Below are positions 47,101-58,775 of a stretch of DNA of 64,000 nt, piece by piece. Each line of letters starts with the position of its first letter. The stretch's first letter is position 1. The notes beneath the pieces were generated by a model that worked only from the letters and a program-made list of their open reading frames with translations, made no database searches and had not been told where the DNA came from. The DNA lies in assembly GCA_965240325.2 (NCBI GenBank), contig OZ251227.1, positions 2,914,001-2,978,000 on the forward strand, in the 5' to 3' direction. Made by a program: the position numbers and the translations under genes. Source of the DNA: Rebecca billardiae RCC1528. Taxonomy: Eukaryota > Protista > Haptophyta.

Positions 47101-48133
47101 GGGGGCTCACACCCCTTCAACTTGGAGGGGTGGGCGGCCGCGGCGATCGGGCGGCCATCGTTGCCGGCCACGGCGGACGATCACGATGGCGGCTGCGTAG
47201 TGCTTGCTGACTGACTCAGCCAGTCAGCCTTGATGAGTCGTGAATGATGAGTGTTTTAGCTAGGGGTTAAGCCACTATAACTGTCAGGCAGCGCCATCGT
47301 GCCGACGTGCCCACGGCCCACGTGCGCGAATTTGTGCGACGTTCACAGCGACGAGGTCGCGGTCCCCGGCCGCTCCGACGCGCTCTTGACTTCCGCGTGG
47401 GACGTGCGGAGGTCAAGAACCCATCCTACTCGTCGACGGTGCCGACCTCGCCGCCCTGAACGTCGCACAAATTTGAGATTGGCACCTCGCGCGTGCAGGC
47501 CGCGACACGCATGCCAGGTCCGCGCGGCGCTCTGTGGGCAAGCGAGCCAAGGGGCGCAGCGAGTCCGGTGCGGCTGTCGTACGGGTCGAGCGCGAGCGCC
47601 GAGTCGCAGCCGCGCGCGCGCCGCGCCGCTGGCGCCGGGTCGCCCGGGGGAGAAGGCGCAGCTGCAGTGCTCCTCTGCCATCACGCGATCCGCCGGCAGA
47701 AAGACCAGACTTTGCGCCCAGTTTTGACCAAAACGATGGGTTTTTAACTCCGCGCGATCTGGGTAACCTGACAGTTATAGTGGCTCGGCCCTTTATGTAT
47801 GCGTGTCGATGTAATATTGTGATTGCGCCCGTCGTATATGATGTATCCTAGCAAGTAGCATCGTCATTTAAATGCGAATCAGTAGCAGATCGAATAATAA
47901 GGAATGCCTACAGCTCAGTGCAGCCTCCACCGGAGCCGTTGCCATCTGGCCGATTGCCCGTCACCCGACACCCCCGGGTGTGATTGTCACATTGTGACTG
48001 TGAGTGTCCGGCCCCGGTCGACGAACCGCGCCGCGGCCGCGTGCGGACAGCGACCAGCTCCGCGGCGATGAGGGCACAGGCCCGCAACAGAGTCACTGCG
48101 GGCCTGCGGCGGACCCCGCGGTGTACAGTTGAC

Positions 48134-48799
48134 TCACTGGATCAGGCACTTTCGAAGCGGCCTCTTGCGATCGGGCGGCACCGGCTCGTTGCGTGGGTGG
48201 TTGATGATCTCAGCGGTGACAACCGTTGCCGTCGATTCGATCTCGTGCTTGTTGAGCGGCACGCCTGAGAGCTCGGCCGCCACACGGAAGAAGCAGGTGT
48301 TGATGTTCTCACCGTTCTTGGCGCTAACGAGGAAGGAGCGCGCGTCGTTCTCGTCGCAGAACTGATCGTGCTTGCTCTTCTTGACCGTCCGCAAGTGCGT
48401 AAGATCAGCTTTGTTGCCCACAAGGGCGACCACAGGCAGCGACGCGCCTACAAACGTGCGTCGCACGAGCCTGTACCAATCCTCGAGGTCTTGGAAGCTC
48501 TGATAGCTTGTGATGTCATAGCAGAGGAGAACAGCGTGGGCGCCGTAGATGTAGTTCCCGATCATCTTGCCCCCGATGCTCTGCCCGCCGATGTCCCAGA
48601 TCTGCAGTGCGACCTGCTGGCCACCTGGCAGCGAGATCCGCTTGATGAAGAAGTCGAGGCCGATGGTCTGCTTGTAAGATGCTGCGAAGTGGTCTTGTGT
48701 GAAGCGCATCGCGATGGACGTCTTTCCGACCGCGCCATCGCCCAGGAGGATCACCTTGTACTGCACCTGCTCAGGCTCGTCCTCCGCGGAGTCCTCCAT
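48134..48799 (-). CDS. RAB28: Rab28 small GTPase
   Basis: GDGAVGKTS, YKQTIGLDFF, WDIGGQSIGGKM (Rab28-specific), GNKAD, SAK, CaaX CLIQ. Confidence 0.95.
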   Translation of the reverse strand: MEDSAEDEPEQVQYKVILLGDGAVGKTSIAMRFTQDHFAASYKQTIGLDFFIKRISLPGGQQVALQIWDIGGQSIGGKMIGNYIYGAHAVLLCYDITSYQSFQDLEDWYRLVRRTFVGASLPVVALVGNKADLTHLRTVKKSKHDQFCDENDARSFLVSAKNGENINTCFFRVAAELSGVPLNKHEIESTATVVTAEIINHPRNEPVPPDRKRPLRKCLIQ

Positions 48800-48996
48800 C
48801 GTTCAAACCTGGCCGGCCCAAAATAAAATCTAAAAGACTGACGAGTGACGACTGCAGACGACGCCGAGAATTCGTCGGGGCGAGTTACCCGGTGCGCAGC
48901 AGCGCGGCTCGCTTCACTCTCAGCTGGCAAGCCGCCGCCGTCGACGAAGCTCAAGCGGCCCCGCGCGGCTGCTCCCGCGAGCCGCTCGTCGGCCTG

Positions 48997-50760
48997 ATGG
49001 CGCTGCTGTCGGGCCTGTCGGCCAGGCCTGTCGCCGCCACTCGGGCGGCGTTCGCGTGGTGGCCGCGGGTGGCACTCACGCACGCCCTCCCGCGGGCTCT
49101 CACGCCGCTGGCTGCTCTGCCAGCGCGCGCGCTGGCGGCCGATGCGCTTGCCGACCGCGAGCTTCCGGTCGCTGCAGCCACCCGGCGAGGCGAGTCCACC
49201 GCGCGGCGTCCGGGCAGCGGCTTCACGCTGCAGGTTTTCACGGGCGACCGGCGCGGGGCGAGCACGAACGCGAATGTCAGCGTCTCTCTTGTCGGCTCGC
49301 TGGCGGAGGCGGGCCCCTACCATCTCGTCGGCGACTTCAAGCGCGCGACAATGCAGAGCTTCTACGTGGAGTCTGAGCGCGCGATCGGCTCCCTGCAGCG
49401 CGTGCGCATCGGGCACGACGCCACGGACGTCGGGTCGGGTTGGTTTGTGGACAAGGTGGTCGTCGAGTCGCACGCCAACGGCCAAATAGCGGCGTTCCCG
49501 TGCGAGCGCTGGCTGGGCGAGTCTGACTCTGGGGGCGCGAGTGGGCCGTGCGTGCAGGAGCTTGAGGAGGAGTCGGAGGCGCTCGAGCTGGCCGTGTCGT
49601 CGCTGCGGCGCGGGGCCAAGCCGCAGGCGCTGAGCCTCGTCTCGGCGGCGGGGCTGTTACCGCGCTCCGACAAGCTGCGCGCCGGCAAGCGCGGGCGCAT
49701 CGGCGGGCGTGTGGGCTGGGGCGGTGAGGACGCGTACTTTTGCGCAAAGGCGCGGGACGGCCGCCGGCAGTGGGTGCTGGGCGTGGCCGACGGGGTGGGC
49801 AGCTGGGAGGAGAGCGGGATCGATGCGGGCCTGTACTCGCGCTCGCTCGTGGAGTATGCGCTCGCCTGCTTCGACGAGGGCACCCCCGACAGCCTCGCCA
49901 CCGCAGCGCAGCCGGAGGAGGACATTGCGCCGCTGCTCGTGCGCGTCGTGCAGGCGGCGGCCGACAAGACGCGCGCGGACAACGTGCAGGGCAGCAGCAC
50001 GCTGTGCGTGGTGCACCTGGACGGCGATCACGCGCAGCTGACGTCAGCCAACATCGGCGACTCTGGCTTCCTGATCATACGCGACGGCGTGATCGTGTAC
50101 AGGTCAGCACAGCAGGAGCACAGCTTCGGATGCCCCTACCAGCTGGGCCACCACGCGACCTCTGCGCTGCCGACCGATGCGCAGATCAGCAAGCTGCCCG
50201 CAGAGCCTGGGGACGCCATCGTCCTCGGGACGGACGGCCTTTTCGACAACCTCTCCGACGCGGAGATCGTCGATGGCGTGAAGCACGCGGCAAGTGCAGG
50301 GGGCTCGGTGCGCTGCTCCTGCGCGCGAGGGCTGAGGCGGCGCAAGGCACGGCGGCGCGCGTGACACCCCTCCGGCTCACGCGCGCTGTGCCCCTCTCAC
50401 GCGCGCCCGACGCAGACGGACAAGGAGGTGGCACGGACAATCGCCAACCACCTGGTGGAGATCGCCATCGCCGCGTCACTCGACGAGGGAAGAGACACGC
50501 CTTTTGCCAGAGCGGTGCGTTCAGCGCGCGTGCACCGGCCCCTCGGTAGCGTATCGCGCGACATGCATGCGCACGCGCTCCCCTCGGCGCACGCAGAGTG
50601 CGCGTGCGGCTTATCGCTCCACGCGTGCGCGACCCGCCTCTGCGGCCGGCCGCCCGGCCGGCGCACGCAGGCCACGGAGGAGTTTGGCATGGTGTACCGA
50701 GGGGGCAAGCAGGACGACGTCACTGTTGTCGTCGCATTGGTCACCAAGGCGTCGCCATGA
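48997..50760 (+). CDS. PLAT/LH2 domain + PTC7-like PP2C phosphatase; introns 50308-50415 and 50515-50670
   Basis: PLAT motifs VFTGDRRGASTNANV, RIGHD...GWFVDKV, FPCERWL. PP2C motifs GEDAYF, GVADGVGSW, NIGDSG, QQEHSFGCPYQL, GTDGLFDN, GGKQDDVTV. Confidence 0.9.
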
Positions 50761-51838
50761 CATCATTCGCGCGCACGAGCAGCGCCGCAGAGCAGACTAA
50801 GCAGAGGGTCGAGAACAAATAACGTCGGTCCCGTGGGCGTGGTGGCAGGCCGCCGCTGTGGCTGTTATTGACCCCGACTTCCTGTGACAGACTGCTTCGG
50901 ACCGTTGACAGTGCATGTCACTACTGCGGTCACTGTGGCGCGGCTGCGCCGCGACGAGTATATCTCTCTCTCTCTCTCGTCTAGTATATAGTGCAGCTAA
51001 TTATGCGCGTGCCGCCCGGGACCGTCGACTGAGCCCGTCGGCGGGGGCTCGCGGGACGTCTACGACTAGTACGAGACCGAGTACGAGTCGTGACGTCTTC
51101 TATATCTGTCGTCAGTCTAGGCAGACCGAGTTAGTGATGAGACTGAGTCGATTCGTCTGCTGTCACGACGTCTGCTATATACTATAATAATATATTATTA
51201 TAATACTCGGATCCGTCCGACAGGCGCGACGCAAGTCGAGTCCGAGTCGAGTGAGCATAGTACAGACAGTAAATAAGTAGTAGCAGTCGAGTGAGTAGTT
51301 ATTAGTGAGTCGCGACGACGCGACGACCCGCGACGTCGTCATCAGTGTGACTGTGAGTGTGACTCACTGTCTGTACTCTGTGAGCAGTGTGAGCTGTGAG
51401 GGCATGCATCAATATAATATAATATATATATATATATAATTAATTAAGCGCCGATCGCCATTGACGCGGATCGCCCGCGCAGTATGATTCATGATATGAC
51501 TCGACTCGACGAGGCTGAGCGCATCGCGGCATCAGTCGACATCGTAACGCCCACGGCCACGGCGGGTTCGGGGTTGTAATGCCGTCGTACCAATTGTGGC
51601 TGCGCCGCAAATTCTGTGCCCGGCAGCAATCAGGCGATATCGACGGAGAGTCACGGAGATGCCGCATGCATCGCGCGTCGATGGGCACCCGTCTTCCTGG
51701 TCCAACGGCATATCGTTCGCTGATGTGCTCGACTCCGACAACACGACTCGACAGGCGACGTAAGTCGTCGATACCCGCAGCACACCACGCCGCACGCCCG
51801 CGGCGGGACCACATTTCCCGCCCAAGACTCGCTGGAGT

Positions 51839-53385
51839 CTAGAGCAGGATGAGCCCCACTTCGTGCGACTCCATGGTCGGGCACTTCCAGTTGTAGATGT
51901 AGTACTGCAGCTTGCCGTCGCCGATGCCGAACTTGAGGTCCTTGAGGATCGTGCCGTTGTCCTGCAGGTCGAGCGCGTTATACACGTCAAACCCCAGCTT
52001 GACGGCCATGATCATGGCGTCCGTCATCAGCGACGCAAGCGACACCGTGCGCGCGACCGTGTAGTAGGAGTAGGCCGCGTGCAGCGTCTGCGGGGAGGGG
52101 TGCACGTGCCGATGCGGTCAACAGCAGAACACGGGCGCACTCAGGGTAGCTCAGCGCGAACGGGATCGGTTTCGCATGGGACGGGTGGGCGCGCACCTGG
52201 TGCTTCTTGTCCCCGAGGATGGACGAGGGCAGGCTGTAAAAGCTGATCAGGTCAGTCGGCGTGCCGTCCGACGAGTCGATCACGTACGAGTAGACAACGC
52301 CCTCCCGCGGCAGCAGCCAGTGCGCCAGCTCCTCGTCGCTGAAGTGCTGGTAGTACTTGAAGCGCTGCCGTGCGGATGGGCGCGCGCAGCCACGCGAGCG
52401 CGCGCGCGCGCGCGAGCGCGTGAGCCTGCGCCGCACGCGCCGCACGCGGGCAAGGGGGCGCAGCCGCGCGGTCGGCAGCGCGCGGGCACACCTGCAGGTG
52501 CTCGTTGAGCAGCTTGCAGCACGCGGGCACGTCTGGCGGGGCGAGGGGGCGGAAGCGCGAGTTCTGCGGCGCCTCGGGGAGCTTATTCATCTTGATCGTC
52601 CGGCTCATCGTCATGCGCGCCTTGAGCGGCGAGAAGCCGCACTCGATCAGCTTCTTCGGGTTGAGGCTGCGGTGGTAGTACGTGCACCGCCCCACCGGCT
52701 TGGGGATGACCACGCCCGCCGTGTACGCGGCCTGGAAGATGCCCTGCAGGTTGCAGCGACGAGTGACCTCGCGGATGAGCACGGGGGCCAGGCGCTTGGT
52801 GCGCAGCTTCTTGTGCACGCACAGGAAGTTCACCTCGACGCCCTTGATGCTGTCGCCGTGCGCCACCAGGTCGGCCGGCGTCGCCGCGATGAACGCCACG
52901 AGCTTTTTGGAGGTGCTGACGCGCACGCCGACGTGCAGGTCCTCCTTCCAGCCAGGCGGCGTCATGGCCCATCGGATGAACTCGCGCGAGTAGTCGAAGC
53001 GGAACGTCGCGTGGTTGTCCTCCACGTAGTTCTCGTTGAGCAGCGTGTACAGCTCGCTCAGCTCGCCGTCGTCCTCCATCCGCACGTTGGCCCACTCGAA
53101 GCCCGGCGGGAGCTTGAGCGGCTCCTTGGGCACGCTCGCTGGGTCTGCGGGCTGGATGGGCCCCCGCGGGTCGTCGGGCCCGAGCTCGGGCTCGTCCATC
53201 CTCGGCACGGGCTGCGAGTGCCAGAAGGCGTGGTCGTGCACCTCCTCGCCGCCCTCGGACGCGCGCTGCTTGAGGGCGCGCTTGAGCGACGTCATGTCGA
53301 GGCGCTCCTCCTTCGAGGCGGTTGCCGGCGCTCCTTGCTCCGCTTGGGCCGGAGCCTCAGCTGCGGGCGCGCCATCCTGACTCAT
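51839..53385 (-). CDS. NMT: Glycylpeptide N-myristoyltransferase; introns 52365-52491 and 52088-52196
   Basis: FWHSQPVP, NYVED, FRFDYS, EVNFLCVHKKLRTKRLAPVLIREVTRR, FDVYNAL, KFGIGDG, GLILL*. Confidence 0.97.
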
Positions 53386-55057
53386 CGGCCTCGGCGCTGC
53401 GCGCGCTCGATGGCGGCTGCAAAAGCCAGCGGCACCGCGCGTTCCGATGATGCGTGCGCGGCTCGCGCTGAATGACAATGGCTGCGTTGCTGCGCACGCG
53501 GCTTGACACGGTGTAGCACCACCCTTGGCTTGTGACTCAAACCCGTGAAAGGCGGCACCGTGCCCCCGGTGCCGCTGCTAGCGTACCTCGCGAGCGTCGG
53601 TGCGGACGAATACGGCCCGTGCGCGCGGACGCGACGAGGCTGGTAGTCGACCAAGGTCATACGTAGTCCCCAGGTACGCGTCGGCGGTCGCTCCTCGCCT
53701 CTCTCCGCCAACGCGAGCAGCGCGCGCAAAGGCGTCGCGGCTTGGATGCAACTCGCACCGCGCACGCACGTGCACTGCGCCCACCTGATGACCGTGCAGG
53801 ACCCAAAATCGTTGGTGTCGGGTAGGCCTGTGATTACTGCGACCAGGCGCGCGCGTGCGCCCGCAACCTGAGGACGTACACTGCCCACGCACGGGCATGA
53901 CAGAGTGCGTCGACACACGCAATTCAAACGCAGTCGTGTAGCAGAGCCAACAACTCACTCTAGAGACGCCTCGAGACAGACCACTGAGCGCGGGGAAGAC
54001 GCATAACATCCATGTGCACGCTGCCCACCGGGCGCACCAGGGGCTAGAGCGCAGCTCGGCCTCTGGGTGCAGCTTCTCATCCGGCGTGTGCAAGCTGAGT
54101 CACGTCGCCGGCGTCGCACGGCGCCCGCGCTGAGCAACGCGGGTGAGATGAGGTGACGAGCCGCGGCAGAGGGCGGCAGTACACGTGCTCTGGCTCGGCG
54201 CACCACGCGCCGCGCGCGGGGGGACGTCCTCGCGGCCTACGTCGCGTTCTCGCGCGGCGGCGCGACGTGGGAAGGGCGACCCGGACTCAAACCTCGCAGC
54301 GCCCGCGGCAGCGGCGGCCGCGTCCGGACTCCAGGCACTGCTTATTTTAGGAGCCCCCCCCCCCCCCTCCTAAGCAGTGCGCTTCACGCGTTTGTCTCAG
54401 AAGCCCTTGGTGTAGCCTGGCTGGCTGGGTGGAGCCTCAGCACCTGCCGTCATCAGCACGCTCGCTCTTGATCAAGTTGATCATCACGACGCGACCTTTT
54501 TTATTTGATTTTTTCTCCCCCTGCGGCTGTGGGAGTGTGGGAGCGCTGCGGGGCGATTTCAATTCCATTTGTCCACGCCTGATGAGTGAATTCTTGCTGA
54601 GTTGAGTGCTCATGCTGACTGCTGTACGACGCGCGTGCGGGTCGTTCCACCTCACGGGACCGGGTGGCTTCCGGGACACAGTCCCGCGAATCGCCGATTG
54701 AGCGATTCATCTCGGGGCGGACAGATTCACACGACTGATATATATATATCATTATTAATTATTGATATACTCGTCAGTTATATATGTACACCTGAGTGAC
54801 GATTTACGTCGTGGCCGGTTGCCAGGACCGCTGTGGCTGCCACGCTGGCGGCTGGACGTCAAGACTCAGCAAGACAACTCAACAAAGTTACGACGTCGTG
54901 TCTCGCCAGCTCGGCCGGGACTCCGCGGGTCGCTCGGCCGCGGGCATCGACCGGCAGAAGTACCGGGTGCGCGGAGCCGTGCCACTACGGCAACTCCCGG
55001 GACGTTCGGATATCGGGAGAAGGCGGCCAGCCCCGTGAGGGGCAAGGGGCATGCCGC

Positions 55058-55810
55058 TTAGAGCATCCGGCTCATCATGCCGCCTTTGCCCCCTTTGCCG
55101 CCCGACTTCTTCGGCCGACCAGCCTGACCCTGCTCGGCTCGGGATGCTGCGTCGTGTGCAAGGGTGTGCGTCTTGTCGCGGTTCATGCCCTGCTCAGAGA
55201 AGAAGATGCTGAGCGCGAGGCTGATCAACCCGAGCAGGATGCAGAGCCCACCAGCAGTCGCGAGGCCCACTTGGTTGATCGAACCCGACAGGCTCCCGCA
55301 GAAGATGAGGAGCGCGCCTCGGCCCGAGCGGTACGCCAGGAAGTGGAAGTACAGGCGCACGCGGAGCTGGTCGAGCTCAGCGAGCGCGATGAGGATGCCG
55401 AAGAGGGCGAGGTAGATCACGACGACGTGGTGGAGGAGCACGCCGTGCGTGCCGCAGCTGGCGGAGTCGGCGGAGGCAGAGCCCCAGCCCCCAGAGCCGA
55501 TGTTGAAGCCGATGAGCGAGCCGAGCGCCGAAATCGTCAAGAAGATTCCGAGCAGTGCCGAGGCCCATCGCAGGAGCTCGCGGCATTGCATCGCGCCTTC
55601 GACAGCTCGCCCACCGGCTGGCTGGTGCGGCTGCTGCTGCGGCGGCGGGGCGGGAGGCAGGTAGGGCGAGTTCACAGCGTACACAGCGGTGTTCGGTTGC
55701 TGCTGCGGGACAGGCTGGCCAACGGGGGTGGCCACGGGCGTGCTGGTCACGACCTGTGGCGCGCCCTTCTGCACGTTCTTGCTGGACTTTGACGGCTTGA
55801 GCAGACCCAT
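55058..55810 (-). CDS. COPI-associated Golgi membrane protein (TVP15-like)
   Basis: IYLALFGILIALAE...YFHFL...GRGALLIFCG motif; 3-4 TM helices. Confidence 0.75.
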   Translation of the reverse strand: MGLLKPSKSSKNVQKGAPQVVTSTPVATPVGQPVPQQQPNTAVYAVNSPYLPPAPPPQQQPHQPAGGRAVEGAMQCRELLRWASALLGIFLTISALGSLIGFNIGSGGWGSASADSASCGTHGVLLHHVVVIYLALFGILIALAELDQLRVRLYFHFLAYRSGRGALLIFCGSLSGSINQVGLATAGGLCILLGLISLALSIFFSEQGMNRDKTHTLAHDAASRAEQGQAGRPKKSGGKGGKGGMMSRML

Positions 55811-55996
55811 AGCGGCGCGGTTGACCTCTTGATTGAGCGGAGCGCAGGAGGCGCAGCGCCTGGCGGAGCTCCCGCCGCTTGGAAGTTGGCCAGCCAGGCG
55901 GTAGCAGTTCGATCGAGTTCGAGATCGCAAGCTCGGATCCGGGATCCCGCTCGCTGAGCTCATCGGAGAGTGGGGTGGGGGTTCTTGACGATCAGC

Positions 55997-58132
55997 ATGG
56001 CTGCGACACGCTCGGACTTCCCTGGATGGAGTCCTTCAAGGAAAGCCGCAGGGCCCAGCGTGGAGCAGGTGAATCAGGAGGAGAACGCCCGCGCATTCGG
56101 CGACATATTGCAGCTCCTCGTCGCGGCGGGGTACTTCCGCGCTCGGCTCGAGGCGCTCTCGCCCTTTGATCGCGTGATTGGCGGGCTTGCGTGGTGCATC
56201 GCGTGCAGCAGCGCCGATCTCGACGTGGACGTGGCATTTGTCGAGGACGCGACGATCGGGCAGAAGATACGCATGGGCGAAGGGATCGAGCGCTGCATCC
56301 AGCGTTTCAAGGCCTGCCCGTTCCGTCTGCAGGCGCACCAGATCCAGGGCCTCGACTACGCCGCCATCTTCCCCGTGATCCAGTGGCTCGTGAAGGAGGT
56401 CATCACCTCGCGCAAGGAGCGCGAGGCGAGCCTCCGGCGCGTGTCCGAGGAGTACCACGCGCGCAGCTTCGCTCGCGCGCGTGCCGCGTCAGCAGCCACC
56501 GCCGGGGAGCTGTCGAGCGCGCGAAGTGCCGCAGCGCGCATGGCGCACATGCACGGCCCGCGGCGCGCGTTCCGGCGCAAGCTCGGGCCCCAGCCGCCCC
56601 ACGAGGCGCGTGCGCGGCTGGTGCTCATGGAGTACGCGACGCCATCTGGGGCTGCGAGTGCAGCGCTGCCCCCAGCACGGCCGGCATCCAGCCATGGCTC
56701 TCCGAGGCGCGCCGGCACGGTCGGCAACGCGAGCGCTGAGCCCGAGGCCGCGCCAACCGGGGCCCTGGCGCCGCCAAACGCGGAGCTGATGGATGTCCGA
56801 CACGATCCGGCAACCAGCAGCGTCGGCGCGGCGCACGTTGGCGAGCTGGTCAGCCTCGGCGCGGACGTGATTCGCCGTGAGGGTGAGCGCTACCGCGCGC
56901 ACGCAGCCGACCTGGACGCATCCCAGGCAGCCGCTGCCTCCGGCGGAACAGAAGTCGCCCTGTCGGACAGACGAGCGGCCTTGCTCCGCCATGAGGCTGC
57001 GCAGGCTGAGCTGACCCATCGGGACCTGACAGCGGCGCTCTCGGAGGCGCGCGCAGCTCTCGACGCGGCCCGTCGCGAGCACGCCGGGGCAAGCCGGCAG
57101 CTGATGGATGCACTCGAGCGCCGCACCGCTGCTGATGAGCGGGCGCTCGCCACAGCGCCCGCAGAGGCCGCAGGCCTCAGAGCGCTCCTGGTCGAGTTGG
57201 ACGAGCTCAAGCGCGAGGAGCGGGGCTTCAAGGAGAAATGCCGCAACGAATTGCCGGGTCTTGAGGCGCGCGCTGCAGCAGCCGAGGCCCCCGCAGCGGA
57301 CACCGGGGCCGCAGCCGACGACGAGCTCGAGCGCATCGGCCACATCGAGCGCATCCATGCACAGGTGCGACGCCGGGCGCGCGCCATGACTCGCGCTCGC
57401 ACCGGGAGTGGGGCATCCATCCCATAGCGTGCCGTGGGTCAATCAAGCCCCTTCCTTGCGCCGCACGCGCCCCGATCTGCCCTGCCCGCCCGCCGCCTGG
57501 AGCGCGCAGGAGCTGTCCAACCTGTCGCAGCTCCGTGCTGCGCACGCGACCAAGTGCCTGCGCCTGGCGCATGCTCGGCGGGCGGTCGATGAGGTGCCAA
57601 CGCGCACAGAGCTCGTGCAATACGAGCGCCGATTCGTCGAGCTGCACGACGAGGTGAGCATATGCTTTGCCGTGCCGCCGTCCATCAACACTGCCTTGTT
57701 CGTGCGAGCAGCGCCACCGTGGTCCAGTCCTGACCACGCGCACGCCGCGCCTCATGCGCACGCCGCCCCGACCAGGTTGCTTCGAAGCACGCCGAGACAA
57801 AGCGCTTCTTTGCGCTGTACAACGGGCTGCAAGATCAGCAGACCCTTCTCGAGAAGGAAGCCTCCATCCTGACCTCAATTCACGATCGCTGCCCGACAGA
57901 CGGCGCGGCGCGCGAATCGAAGCTTCAGTTCGGCGAGTCCATCGAAGCTCTCCTCAGGAACGTGCACCAGAGCGTGAGCAAGTCGCAGGCGAAGGTCGCA
58001 CGGGAGGCAGCAGAGCGGTCCGCGCTTCAGCGGCGGCTGGATGAGCTTGTCGAGCTTCAGCGGAAGTACGCCTCCCTGGTACAGGAGCTGCAGACAGAGT
58101 GCCAGCAGCTGGCGCCTCCACAGCACGACTGA
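55997..58132 (+). CDS. CCDC93: CCDC93 (CCC/Commander complex); introns 57365-57509 and 57654-57775
   Basis: LLVAAGYFRAR...LSPFDRVIGGLAWCI, IGQKI, HQIQGLD..IFPVIQWLVK, DEVPTRTELVQYERRFVEL. Confidence 0.93.
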
Positions 58133-58319
58133 AGGAGCAGCTATGGTAGATAGCTAGTACAGCAACCTGCATGTTCAAGGTGACAAGACGACGAAGCTTC
58201 TTTTTGATCGCTGCGCCACCAGAATCGAACGTGTTCCCGTCCCCGTCATCTTATCAGCACACAGGCGGTGCCGCCCGCCTGCTCGTCGGAGAAGAGTCAA
58301 ATGCTGCATTCAGCAGAGA

Positions 58320-58510
58320 CAGGTGCGTTCCACACGCTGGCCACACGCCAAATCGAACCGCCTTCGTTCTCTATTGAAACGGGCTCCTTCCGTTTCAAGC
58401 GAGTACATTTGAATACGGCCCGTGCCAGTCCGGGAGGGCTATTATAGGCCTGTTGCCCCCGGGGGGCACGATCCCCAGCAGCGTGTGGCAGGGCCCCGGG
58501 AACGCCCTCG
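58320..58510. mobile_element. MITE-like family A (copy 2)
   Basis: Colinear similarity to 11797-11961 (cgccaaat.gaaccg, ctattg, gtacatt.gaatacgg, gcgtgtggcagg..ccgggaacgccct). Confidence 0.6.
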
Positions 58511-58775
58511 TGTGAAGACATCAGTAGCGAGCGCACACAAAACAACATATATGGTACGCGCTGCCGAACTTCGTTCGATCTGGGCATGCTTGGCGCTTGC
58601 CCCGACGTTCGTGCAGCACGACGTGATCTGATCCCCACGCAAGCGCTAAAAACAGCCACGTGGACCATGTGAATCCATCACACAAGCTCAACCTGAGGAC
58701 GGCCTTGATTACCGTACCAGCGGGCTCCGCGGCATCGTACTACCAACCACGGCAAGCAAGCGTTGCTGCTGGGAG

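Noticed and set aside
53450-55050. Short ORFs between NMT and the TVP15-like gene
   Set aside because: No recognisable motifs or coding-like composition
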